NCBI RefSeq assembly: GCF_004010195.1
Contig: NC_057755.1
Location: 4,053,462-4,117,461, forward strand
Reading direction: 5' to 3'
From: Chiloscyllium plagiosum
Lineage: Eukaryota
DNA length: 64,000 bases
Positions 34,463 to 46,819 of this stretch are shown here, in pieces. Position 1 is the stretch's first letter. Every line of letters begins with the position of its first letter. The notes under the pieces are model-generated. The model did no database searches, was not told where the DNA came from, and saw nothing but the letters and a program-made list of their open reading frames with translations. Position numbers and translations under genes: made by a program.

Positions 34463-36464
34463 GTCCTCATCTCTTGAGCAGATGGGATTTGTCTCCAGGC
34501 CTCCCAGCCCAGGGGGAGGGACACTTTCACGGTGTCACAATTCACAACTGAATACGCCATCGGCCACTGTTTTAATTAGAATTCACACGTTACAGACAGC
34601 AATGTAAAAGATATGATGGAATATAGCAAACTCTTCATGTTGCAATATCCAGTCAGAAAAATGCCCTAACACAGGGGAACAATGTCACTGGTCTGGAAGT
34701 GTCGGCTGGTCAGGGAATGTGGTGGTTGATATGCGACTGAGCTAGTTTGGAAATCTCTGCAGCGAACAGAAATTCACACCTGCATTGCTGTTCATTTTTT
34801 TAATTCGATGTTGCAAGATTTCACAACTTGTCAACATTTAACACGCCAAAACTCACTCTTTCCATTTTCCCACGATAACGTCTCACATCTCTCAACATTA
34901 AGTTGCATCTTCTTCAGGAAGATGCAGGGCTGTTTTGCAGGGGTGTGCTAATCACTGTAGAATAATCTGAAATTAATTCCCTCTTGGTATTGAATATATT
35001 GGTCTCTGAAACGTCAGTCTACAATGCAATCATAATATCGAAACAACAGACAATGGAAGGTATATCCTGCCAGTAATGATGCTGTTCACTCATACATCTT
35101 CAAACCAAGCTCCAGATTTCATATTGGCTCAGGGGTGTTCTTCACTCGATAATTATTTAACAGTGAACATTTATTGAATTTATCCTAGAGTTCAGCGCAT
35201 TGTAGAAATCAGCTCTAAAAGGACAAACAGTCCCCAGGCTGTGAATGGGTTCCATTTTGGATTCCATTCCCAACTGGAATACAATGCAGGACAATATGAA
35301 GCTGCTATTCATAAGGACAGGTAATTTTCATACGGTAATTTTCAGATCATACCCCTCTGTGAGGTCACGTTTGTAAGTTGGCCTTTGGTAAATCAGTGAG
35401 TCCCCAGAGAGTATCTGAAAGTAATCAAACTGACAAAGTGACTTTGCACCTTTCTGTTATTGATTCCTCTATGGGCTGTGGGCAGCACTGACTGGGCCCA
35501 ACATTTATTGCCCACTCCTTGATGCCCCTGAGAAGGTGGTGGTGAGCTGCCTTCTCGAACTGCTGCAGTTCACCTCTCTCACTTTCTATGTCTTCCCCAC
35601 ATATCTCTCAACCCCCCCCCCCCCCCGTCTCTCCCTGTCTGCTGCCACCTCTGTCTCTCAACCCAGTCTCTCCCCCAATCTCTCTCACTGTTTCTCTCCA
35701 ACATCTCTCTCTCTTTCTTGCCCTATCTCTCTCTGTTCTTCCTAATTCTGTCCGGAGCTGTCTATCTCCCCACCTCGCTCTCTCTCATTCTGTCCCTACA
35801 AGCCTCCACTGTACTTTCCATTACCACTCCAAAAAAATTCACTGGCTTATTCTGTTTTCCTATATCTGGCTTCCCAGTGCTTTTCCTAACCCACCAGTAC
35901 TGTGATTTCATATGGCCCAATTTATTGCAATGAAAACACCAGAGCTTTTTAACTTCTCTCTCCCCTTCAAGCGTTTCCTTTTGACTCTGTGGTACGTTAT
36001 CCCTATAATTTTCACCAATATCTAACTTTCTTTTCCACATCAGGATTTCTCCTTTCCCCAGTTCCTATCGCTCATGGACTGAAACTGATTTTGGAAGCCA
36101 AACTTTGATATCTGGACAAACTCATGTTCATCAGCAGCTAATCTTGCCATTTTAGCACTCTGCTCTTCCTCATGAGTTCTCACTACTTCATGAAGAGAAT
36201 GTTTGAACCACTCCTAAATAATTGCCTCTCTAAGAAAATCGCAGGTTTGCTCTATTTTTTAATATCCTTATTCACCTGACAAAAATACTTTGATTGGTCC
36301 ATTCAGACTCAGTGTAGGTTTGACCAGGGTCGCTCCTGAGATTCCTGAAACGTTGCCTGTAGGCTTCTGGCACAAGCTCATATGCACTTAAGATGGTTTT
36401 ATTCACCTCCTCGTACTCTCCAGACACCTCCTCTGATAGCTCACTCGCTCTCCCTACAAGTTTT

Positions 36465-37204
36465 AGAACGTAGAACATAGAAGAATACAGCGCAGTACAG
36501 GCCCTTCGGCCCTCGATGTTGCGCCGATCCAAGCCCACCTAACCTACACTAGCCCACTATCCTCCATATGCCTCTCCAATGCCCGTTTAAATGCCCATAA
36601 AGAGGGAGAGTCCACCACTGCTACTGGCAGGGCATTCCATGAACTCACGACTCGCTGAGTAAAGAACATACCCCTAGCATCTGTCCTATACCTACCACCC
36701 CTTAATTTAAAGCTATTCCCCCTCGTAATCGCTGACTCCAAACGTGGAAAAAGGTTCTCACGGTCAACCCTATCTAAACCACTAATCATCTCGTACACCT
36801 CTATCAAGTCACCCCTAAACCTTCTTTTCTCCAATGAAAACAACCCCAAGTGCCTCAGCCTTTCCTCATACGATCTTCCTACCATACCAGGTAACATCCT
36901 GGTAAACCTCCCCTGCACCCGTTCCAGTGCCTCCACGTCCTTCCTATAGTATGGCGACCAAAACTGCACACAATACTCCAGATGCGGCCGCACCAGAGTC
37001 TTATACAACTGCAACATGATCTCAGGACTCCAGAACTCAATTCCTCTACCAATAAAAGCCAGTACGCCATATGCCTTCTTCACCGTACTATTTACCTGGG
37101 TGGCAACTTTCAAAGATCTGTGTACATGGACACCAAGATCCCTCTGCTCATCCACACTACCAAGTATCCGACCATTAGCCCAGTACCCCATCTTTTTGTT
37201 ACTC
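36465..37204 (-). mobile_element. Young 5'-truncated CR1 LINE nested in Gypsy gag
   Basis: Uninterrupted 215-aa ORF 36544-37191 (RDLGV..LYKTLVRPHLEYCVQFWSP..FFTQRVV); agaacgtagaacatag tail; TTTT on both flanks; gag reading WVLLIQTK/LVGRA resumes across it. Confidence 0.92.
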
Positions 37205-38034
37205 TTTTGTTTGGATCAACAAAACCCACATCGTCACTGGTCATCACATTTGTGCAGCCACCTTTTCAAACGAGATAAAAAAGGGCTTCCACGTCCTTCT
37301 TATTGAATTTAGACAATAATTTAATATATTTAAACAGTTTCTCACCAGGACTTTGGCTACAATGGGTTTGCTCATCCTCACTGAGTCTCCCTTCAGCCTT
37401 CATCTCCATCCATTTATGCTGACTTTCCTCTCTCAGTACCACTTTCTGAAGTTTGACCTCACTCTCTTGCTTCTTTTCCTTTCCTGTCACTCCTTTTCAC
37501 TCTCTTCCCTTTCTCTTTCTCTCTCTTCGCTCTCTTTCTCTCTATTGCCTCTCTCTTTCTCTGCCTTTTTCTTTTTGTTCTGCTAAAGTGGTTCGTTCTT
37601 TCTCTCTTTGCTCTGCTGTCAATCATAGTTCAAACCGTTCCATTTCTTTTGCTCTTCCTTTGTCTCTTGCCTCTAACTCAAGCTGCTTCATTTTCAGTTG
37701 AACATTAGCCATCTCTAAATATTCTGATGGCGTTTGCAGCAAATGTAAGTGCTGAGCTATTGCTGTAATTGTCTCTCTTTTCCTCGCGGAAGGAGGCAGC
37801 TCCAACCCGGGCCTGTCTGTTAATTCCAGCGGTTTGGGCTTACTCACATTCTGTAAAACCCCCAAGCTCAACTCTTCCACCCCCAGAAAACTAGTGGTAA
37901 CCAAAGAAGCCATTGCTACCCCAAGCGCTGTTTAAACCAACTGAATTCAATACCCAGAACGAAATACTTTAACACCGACCACTCGCTGCCTTCGAGACAA
38001 ACAACCCTCATCCCAAATCGGGACTCGAGAACAA

Positions 38035-38052
38035 CTCCTGGACGAGACCCCA
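38035..38052 (-). promoter_or_regulatory. Primer binding site, tRNA-Pro
   Basis: Minus strand TGGGGTCTCGTCCAGGAG, 15/18 match to the tRNA-Pro PBS, 3 nt from the LTR end. Confidence 0.8.
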
Positions 38053-38055
38053 ATC

Positions 38056-38682
38056 TGTTATGGATCAGACCAGAGTACTCCAGACATTTCAATAAGATAT
38101 CCAAGACCCTCACTTTGCTCGTCGTTTTAAGCAAGTGTACAGAGGATATTCCAGGAGAGATGCAGCTGGCATCACCACTTAGTTTTAAACAAAACATAAT
38201 TTATTTCCAAGATTACCAAATAAAGCACAAACAAAAGAGAACAGAATACGGAGTAACTTAATGTATTGGAAAACCCAACAGATTATCCCAGCTTAATGAT
38301 GCTGTTTCAATATTTGCAACAGTCCCCATAAAAATCCCTTGGCACAAAAGGGAAAATGAAACCTTACAGGATAGAAGTCAGAGAGAAAGGACAAGCCCGG
38401 ACCTGCTTCTGTGGGGCAAGAAACATGAGAACACGACTACTAAAACCCAAACCAAACCAAAGCGAAGCTGAGCTGGGAGAACGGGCAACTCCCCTTTCAT
38501 TGCAGAAGGGTTTTATTTTCAAAAACATGAAAACCTGTTTCCTGAGACAGTATCACTTAGCTGTAATAAACCTGGCCCTGAAGCCTTTCAACTTATACTT
38601 TTCGGAGTCTGCATCTTTTACAACGTCTCTGAAGAAGAACCCAAGGACAACATCACCTTGTTAAAGGAGCAGCTGCATCACA
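38056..38682 (-). repeat. Gypsy 5' LTR (~627 bp)
   Basis: TGTGATG..CATAACA termini on minus strand, adjacent PBS. Confidence 0.75.
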
Positions 38683-38777
38683 CTCAGCAGGTCTGGCAGC
38701 ATGAGGAGAGGGACATCTGAGTTAATGTTTCATCACCAGTTTCTTTCTCAGAACTGGATCTGAAACTTTTCCAGCAA

Positions 38778-39450
38778 TTTGATTTGATTTGATTTGTTAT
38801 TGGTGCATGCACCTAAGTGAAGTGAAACGTTTTGTTTTTTGGTTGGAACAGGTAGAACATAACATACAAGGATGTACAGATAACAGGGTGATTGAACAGA
38901 GTGATGCAGACCAAGTTACGTTAACACAAGAGGGTACAAAAGTAAGATCAACATCAGATTTAAAATTTGAGAGCTCCATTCAACAATCTAATAACAACAC
39001 GGATTTGCTGGACTTGAAACTGTTAGTACATGTGATTAAGCTTTTGCATCTTCTGTCTGGTGGAAGAGCTTGGAAGCGATTATATCCAGAATGGGAGCGA
39101 TATTTGATGACATTGGCTGCTTTTCCAGGAACGAGAAGTGCGGATGCAGTCAATGGATAGGAGGTTGGCTTGTGTGGTGGTCTTGGCCTTGTTCACAAAT
39201 TCCTCACGGTCCTGGGTGGAGACGTTTCCAGACTATGCCGTGATGCTCGCAGATGGAATGTTTAGTGTGATGCATGTGAAAACGTTGGTGAGGCTCCTTA
39301 TGGACATGCCGAATTTCCCAAGTGTCCTGAGGAATAAGAGGGATTATTGTGCCTCCTTGACCGTCGCATCTCCGTGGATGGTCCAGGACAGATTGTTGGT
39401 TGTCGTTACTCCCAGGAACTTGACGCTCTCGATCATGTCCACCTCAGCTT
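38778..39450 (-). mobile_element. Rex1/Babar-like LINE 3' fragment
   Basis: (TTTGA)n tail; minus strand reads LLFLRTLGKFGMSIRSLTNVFTCI..I.A..V..QD; splits a PLE mini-element. Confidence 0.7.
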
Positions 39451-39657
39451 CTGTTTTGGTTTTTGTTTTCAAGCATCCACAGTTCTTTTACGAGGTATTA
39501 AGTTCTTAGTTCCACAATGGAGTCCTCAGATACTTGTCATTTTGAAAATTACAGAATAATTGCAATTATGTATTTTTCATAGAATGACTTACTCGTGTCT
39601 TAACAGGTCAAGTCAGCAATCCATGAATATCCTTCCAGCTTGTTTTTTTTTTTCTGG

Positions 39658-40820
39658 TCATGGAGTCATAGAGTAATACAGCATGGAAACAGGCCCAAAC
39701 TGCTCCATACTGACAATGTGCTAGTTCCAATTGCCTGCATTTGGTCCATATCCTTCTAAACACATCCCATCCATGTACCTTTTCAAATGAATTTTAAATG
39801 TTGCTATTGTCGCTCCCTCAGCACTTTCTCTGCCAACTCATTCCATTCACTCTCGACACGAAGGCGTTGCCCCTCAGTTCCTTCCTAAGCCTTTCCCCTG
39901 TCTACTTCAACCTCTGCCCCTCCAGTTTTCAATTCTCCATCACTGGGAAAAACGCTAAAAGTTTTCATCCCATCTCTGCCCCTCACGATTTTATACACAT
40001 CATTCTCCTCCATTCCAAGGAACAAATTGCTGTCCTAGGTACCCTTTCCATATACCTCAGGCCTATTAATCCAGGTAACATCTTCGTAAATCTTCTTTGC
40101 TCTCTTTCCTTTATTAACTATGTCTTTCCTGTAACAGCATAACCAAAACTGTACACAATATTCCAATTGCGAACTCACAACTGACTTACACAGCTGTAAC
40201 ATAATGTTCCAACTCCTATACTCTTTGCTTTGACTGATGTAGACCAGCATGGTAAATGCCTTCTTCACCATCCTGTCTACCTGTGGCAATACGTTTCAAT
40301 GACTATGTACTTGTACTCCTGTGTCCCTCTGTTCCACAACACTCCGCAGTAACTTCGTATTTACGGTATAAGTCCTACATTTGTTTGACTTTCCAAAGTG
40401 CAACACTTCATATTTGTCAGTATTAAATTGCATTTGCCAATCCTCAGCCCACTTCCCTCTAATTTTTGACAAAATGTCTCGCTGTCAATGAGACCTCCGA
40501 ATTTTGTATCAGTTGCAAACTTACTCATCATGCCTTGTACATCCTGATTCACATCCTGATCATTTATAACAAATACCGAAGGTTCCAGCAACGACCCCTG
40601 TGGCTGACCACGAGCCACAGGACACCGATCTGAGAAACGATCTTCAACAATTACCCTCTGCTTGCTGCCATTGAGTCAATTTTGAATCTAGTTAGCTAGC
40701 TCTCCCTGTATGCCATGTGACTAACATTCACTATTAACCTGCCATCACAACATTGACAAAGGCCTCTCTAAAGTCCGTGTAGACAAAATCAACTGCCCTA
40801 CCCTCATCTATCCTCTTGGT
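39658..40820 (-). mobile_element. CR1 LINE 3' part
   Basis: PQGSLL..KFATDTK; QLEYCVQFW. Confidence 0.82.
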
Positions 40821-41751
40821 GGCGAATTTAAAATTGGAACCTTGCAATGGCCTGGAATCGAACCAGGATCAACTGCTCATTGATAGACCTCTGAGTGTTC
40901 ATTGATGAAGCAGGTGAAGATGGTTAGACGTAAGATGTTTTCTGAGGAGTTCTTGCAGAGATGTCCTGAAGGTAAAATTGCTGACATGAACAATATCAGT
41001 TGTCTTCCTTCTTGCTAGTTATTGCTGCAACCAGCAGAGAGTTTTCTCTATATTCTCAATGACTGTGATTTTTCCTTGGCCTCCTAGTGTCACACTGGTC
41101 AAATGGTGCCTTGATGTTACTGAGAGTTCCTCTCCCTATTCCTCTGGAGTTCAACTTCTTTGATCCAAGGCTGTAATCAATAACCCCTGTGGTACCCAAA
41201 CTGGTTATCAGTAAGCAGGTTATTGCTGACCAGATATTGCTTGATAGTCCTGTTAATGACACCTTCCTTCCTATTTCCATGTTAGAAAATGGACATTAAT
41301 TGACAACATCAGAGTTGCCTCAGTTTTCTGTGTAAAACATGCCTGGGTAATGTCTCATATTCTCTGTCCATGCCAGTGCTGTGCTGCATCAGAACACTTT
41401 GGATAGGAAGGCGACATGTTTTCGACATTTAAGTTGTCAGGACACACAAACTTTTCAGTATCCAGTGCCTCCTGTAATTCGGTAATATGAGGAAGAGAGA
41501 ATTCAAATGGCTGGAGACTGGGATTTGTGAACATGGGGACCTCAGGACGAGGCTGAAATCGATGAACATCTTGGAATTTCTGGTTGAAGATTGTTGCAAA
41601 TGCTTCAGCTTTATCTTTTGCACTGATGTCCTGGACTTCATCTTAACGTAGGGTTTATTTGGTGGAGAACAGTCTTCTCATCTAGTGCTTTAATAGTCCA
41701 CAATCTTTTGTGAGTAAATGTGCCAGAGCGTAGATCTGCAGATCTCCAGAT

Positions 41752-42040
41752 GAGTGGCACAGTGGTTAGCACTGCTGCCTCACAGCGCCAGGGTCCCAGG
41801 TTTGATTCCAGCCTCAGGTGACTGTGTGCAGTTTGCACATTCTCCCCGTGTCGACGTGGGGTTCCTCTGGGTTTTCAGGTTTCCTCCCACAATCCAAAGA
41901 TGTGCAGGTCAGGTGAATTGTGGTGCTAAATTGTCCATAGGAATAGGTGCATTTGTCACAGGGAAAGAGTCTGGGTGGGTTACGCTTCAGAGGGTCGTTG
42001 TGGGCTGGTTGGGTCGAATGGCCTGTTTGCACACTGTATG
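41752..42040 (+). mobile_element. HE1-like tRNA-derived SINE
   Basis: A box ggcacagtggttagcactgctgcctcacagc; B box ggtttgattcc; central tttgcacattctcccc domain; CR1-like tail. Confidence 0.88.
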
Positions 42041-42279
42041 AAATTTAAGCCAGGTACAAAAACAGAGAGTACTGGTGGAACACAGCCGATCTGGCAGCAT
42101 CAGTGTGAAGAAATCAGAGCTTCATTGGTTTTGTGATCACTTCGCTCTGTCCATCACTTGTTGCAGACAAAAGTCGTCTACCAGGTTGGAACCTCATATA
42201 TCAGTTTTCAGTTTTGCTGATTGTATGTCCTGTTGTACTCTCCATTGTACCAGTCTGAAGACTTCCTATTCATTTACTC

Positions 42280-43500
42280 ATTAAGATGCCTTTTCAATGT
42301 TGTAATTCTACCAGCTTCCACCATAGAGCTATAGGCTCATACTGCACAGAAACTGACCCTTCGATGCATCCATTCCAAGCCGAATACGATCTCAAACTAA
42401 ACTGGTCCCACCCACCTGCTCCTGACCCATATCCCTCCAAGTCATTCATATTCATGTATCCACCTAAATGTTTTTGTTCCACACATCCATCAACCTTTGC
42501 ATGTGGGAATTGCCCCTCAGGTTGCTTTGAAATCTTTCCCCTCTCAGTTTAACCTATGCCTTCTAGTTTTGCTATTTTGGCTATTTACCCTATCCATGCA
42601 TCTCATGATTTATGAGCCTCTATAAATTCTTCCCTCACCGTCTGATGCTCCGGAGTGAAAAGGGCCCCAGGCTATCCAATCTCTTCCCTCTTACTCAAAC
42701 CCTCCAGTCAGACACGTAGGGCAGATAGTCTATGATTGTGTGCACAATGTAATTTTGATGTTGCAGATGGTCCACTGAATTTCATGGACACCTCGTCAGA
42801 AGTTGTTTGAACTGTTTGAAGTCTGCCTCATTTCACACAGAGATACTGCCAGGATGCTCTAAAATTTGAAAGGGTTCAGAAAAGATTTACAAGGATGTTG
42901 CCAGGGTTTGACGATTTGAGCTACAGGGATAGGTTAAATAGACTGGGGCTGTTTTCCCTGGAGCATCAGAGGCTGAGGAATGGTCTTATAGAGGTTTATA
43001 AAATCATGAGGCACATGGATAGGATAAATAGACAAGAAGCTTATTTGGCACACTCGATGTCATCAACATAGACGAACATATGAGGCATGGTCATTTGCAG
43101 ATCATTTGTATACATGGTGAAATTTACACTGAGCCTTGTGCTAGTCCATTGTCCAATCTGTTCCATGCACTTCCCCCTGTTCAAGGACAGATCTAAATTT
43201 CAAAATTTCCATGAGATTGGAGAGTTGAGGGCTAGAGGGCGTAGGTTTCGGCTGAGCGGGGCAAGATATTAAAGGGACCTAAGTGGGTGGCATTTATATG
43301 AAATGAGCTGCCAAAGGAAGTGATGGAGGCTGGTACAGTTACAGCATTCGAGAACCATCTGAATGGGCATAGGAATAGGAAGGGTTTGGAGGGACATGGG
43401 CCAGGTGCTGGCAAGAGGGACGACATTAGGTTAGGATATCTGTCGGTATGGACAAGGGTCTGTTTCCGTGTTGTACATCTCTGTGACTCCATGACATGAT
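42280..43500. mobile_element. Mosaic of CR1 3' fragments (minus 42280-42710; plus 42855-43500)
   Basis: Typical CR1 3' ORF2/UTR sequence in both orientations. Confidence 0.75.
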
Positions 43501-44229
43501 ATGACTCAATGATGCAGTGTCCATAGAATATGGGGTAGGCAGGTTGATTACAATGCCTTTTTGAATATTCCAGCTCAGTTAGCATGTGGTGCTGCTGAGC
43601 CTGTCTTGGGGTTGTACACTGAAGCCTCCCACATCGAATCCATTCTCTATTCTTTCCACCTTCAATGTTGTGATCAAACATTGAAATTCGAGGGGTGTGG
43701 TAATTGATAATCAGCAGAATGTTTCCGTGTCTGTGTTTAACCTGAGGATTCATAGGGTCAGGCATCAATGCTGCGCACTTACAGGGAACCCCCACCACCC
43801 CCTCCCCGCCCCCCGAACCACCTTGACTGTATCCCACAGATCTGCTCCCTCTGCTGGCTCTGTCCTGCCAATAGGACAGGACCTGCCCTGAGATGATCAT
43901 AGTGTTGTCTGAGACATTGTCTGGAAATTGGAATTCCGTGAGCGTGACTATGTTCGATTGTTGCTGGATTAATCTGTGAGAAATGTACTGCAGGTCAGTT
44001 TTAGTTTTTATACAATAAAGAGTTAACTCCTCTTTATTTGTTTGAATCTTAAAATCAAACCAAAATAACTTATTTCAGTTGAAGATTATTCACTTCAATA
44101 ATCTGAATGTACATCTAATTATTGCTAAATTTAGGAACTGTTGTCATCAGCTGATTATTGCTCAGTTCATTAGTCGCAGTAAGCAGCTGATTCATGCTCA
44201 GATGAGTAAACACATGATCTCTGCACTGC

Positions 44230-44900
44230 CATATACATCAAAAATATGATTGATAAGGTCAAAATCTAAATATAGTCTTGCTGTACCACACTGCCCCTCC
44301 AGTGAAGAGTGGCCAGCTCCTAAGTATCTCCAGACAGCTCCCAAATTGGATCTGGCCAGTCATTCAAACATTTCCTCATAACAGACAATTTAGACTCATC
44401 CTTGAACAAGGGGGAAGCGCATGGAGCAGATTGGCCAATGGACTAGTACAAGGTTTAGTCCAATTTTTACCATTTATACAAATGAGCTATTAATTACCAT
44501 GTCTTTAAGTTCATTCATGTTGATAACATCTGGTGTGCCACATCAGCTTCATAATTCTGCACTGTGGAGCAGATCCTTATTGAATCTGTAAGCAAAGTGA
44601 TGGATTATATTGCATCTTGCATTGAATTCCTCATCAACAAAATCCAGCTGCACAATCTCAGTGTCCAAACAGAATTGTGCATCTACATTGATGGCCAGCA
44701 TGATCCCAACTAACATTATTGTGTGTGACTCAAATTTTAAATTGTATGAAGATGTCTTCAATATCATATTTATCATTAACAGGAAAGTCTCATTACAGAA
44801 GATCATAAATCCTTTGATCAAGCCCCTTGATTGTCCAATAAACAAATCCACCCATTTGTTTAGTTCAATTTTACGGCTGAAATTTAACGAAACCATAGGG
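44230..44900 (+). mobile_element. Ancient Vingi/Ingi-like non-LTR RT fragment
   Basis: NRQFRLILEQGGSAWSRLANGLVQG (PQG motif region) followed by F..VEQIL....V.DY and LHN....ELCIYIDGQ.HDP. Confidence 0.5.
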
Positions 44901-45339
44901 CCCAAATAATGAGTCGGGTTATCACGCCCAGGATAAAATTATTATTTAGCCCAAGCACATTGAAAATATCACTTTATTTTTCCCTTGAAATTCCACACCT
45001 AATTGTTTTCATGACAAAAATGTAACTACGTTTCCAAATATTCCAGATATGAGGACATATCAAATTGGCTCTATTTATATCACATGTGAGTAATCTAGGA
45101 TATGAATCTCAGTGTCCGTGTGCAGGACAGGGACTTATTATACCGTTATGAAGAGCTGTGAAATAGACAGGCAGGGAGCTGAAAGAACACAGTAAGCCAA
45201 GCAGCATCAAGAGGTGGGCAAGTCGATGTTTCGTGTGTAACTCTTCTTCAGGACTGGGCTATCAGGAGGTGGAGATGTTGACATTTTCTTGTCTCTAATG
45301 AAGGGTTGTGAAGCAGAGATACTTACAGAATGATGATAT

Positions 45340-46800
45340 ATTTTCAAATCAGGATGATGATTGACTTGGAAGGGAATTTGTAGTGCATGGTGATCCCATG
45401 TATCTGCTGCTCATGTCCTTCAACATGATTGTGGGTTTCGAAGGTTTTGTTTTTAGGAACTTTGGTGAGTTTCTGCAGTGAATCTGGTAGTTGGTACATA
45501 TTGCTGCTACTGAGAGACAGTGGTGGAAATAAGGTGGTTGTGGTAGCCATCAAGTGATCTATTTTATCCCGGAGAGTGTCAAGCTTCTTGACTGTTGTTG
45601 CAGCCTCACACATCTCGGCAAATGGGGAATGTTCCACCCCACTCCAGACTTGGACTGTGCAGATGGGGGACAGATGGAAGTCAGGAAGTGAGTTATTCCC
45701 TGCAGTATTCCTAACGTCTGCTCTGCCTTGTCGCCACTGTATTTAAATGGATAGTCTACTTCAGTTTCTGGTCAATGATCATCTCAAGATGGTGATAATT
45801 GAGGAATCAGCAACGATCACCCATTGAATATCAAAGAAATATTATGTGATTCTCTGTTGTTAGAGTTGATCATTGTCTGGCATTTATGTGTCATATATGC
45901 TATTTTCCACATTTCATCCCAAGCCTGGATATTGTCCAGGTCTCACTGTCTTTGGATAAGGAGGGTTTCCGTATCTGAGTAGTCGCAAATGCTGCTGAAC
46001 ACAGTATAATCATTATCTAATATCCCCAAGCCTGACCCTATGATGGAGGGAACTCCATTGATGAAATTACTGAAGATGCTCAGGCCTAAGTCACTCCTTT
46101 GAGGAACTCCTTCAAAAACCTCCTAAACGAACCAAAACTTTCTTTTTTTCTACCTGAGATGAGTGGAGAGTTTCCCCCGATTTCCATTGCCTCCAGTTTT
46201 ACTCATGCTCCTTGAAGCCATACCAGGCCAAACACAGCCTTGCTGTTAAGTAAAGTCAGCCTCACTATTTTACTGTCCATGTTTGGAATGAGGTCAGGAG
46301 CTGAGTGGTGTCACTGAGCAGGTTGTTGTTGTGACGGTGCTGCTTCATAGCGTGTTGATGACGCTTTCATTCACAGTTTCATGATCGATATCGTATTGAT
46401 GGGGTGGGAATTCGCTGGATTGGCTTTGTCCTGTTATTTATGCACAGCACATACCTGAGCATATTTCCACTCTCTCAGATAGATGACAGTGCCGTACCTC
46501 AGCAGGAACTGCTGACCCAAGGGTGCAGCATGTTCTGGAGCACATGTCGTCTGTCCCATTGCTGGGATGTTGTCTAGGCCCCACTCTTTACCCAAATGAG
46601 GAGGCCGAGATGGATCAACCCATCAGCAGTTTGTCTGAAGATTTTTGTGAATTGGTTTAGCCTTATCTTTGCATAGATTTACTGTTGATTATTGCAGAGA
46701 AATGTATAGCTTCCTCCAACAATGAGTTGTTTAAATATTCACTATCATTCACGTCCGGATGTGCCAGGACTGCAGGGCTCAGATCTAATATGTTGATTGT
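45340..46800 (-). mobile_element. Non-LTR retrotransposon (same family as 22560-23072), decayed
   Basis: Reverse complement of the 22.6 kb/60 kb family extending into the RT region. Confidence 0.65.
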
Positions 46801-46819
46801 AGAATTCCTTAGTTGTGTC

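Larger units (their letters stand above)
35790..38682 (-). mobile_element. Gypsy (Gmr1-like) LTR retrotransposon 5' half: LTR, PBS, gag
   Basis: gag with E/R-rich coiled coil, F..KDVEA.F..FEK, ILSAYELVPEAYRQRFRNLR, knuckle CFHCNKLGHMKSQ; pol absent. Confidence 0.85.

Noticed and set aside
41752..41815. tRNA gene (also at 56950)
   Set aside because: A/B boxes are the head of an HE1-like SINE; no full cloverleaf
43232..43900. 222-aa minus-strand ORF
   Set aside because: Chimera of antisense CR1 tail and decayed LINE endonuclease sequence
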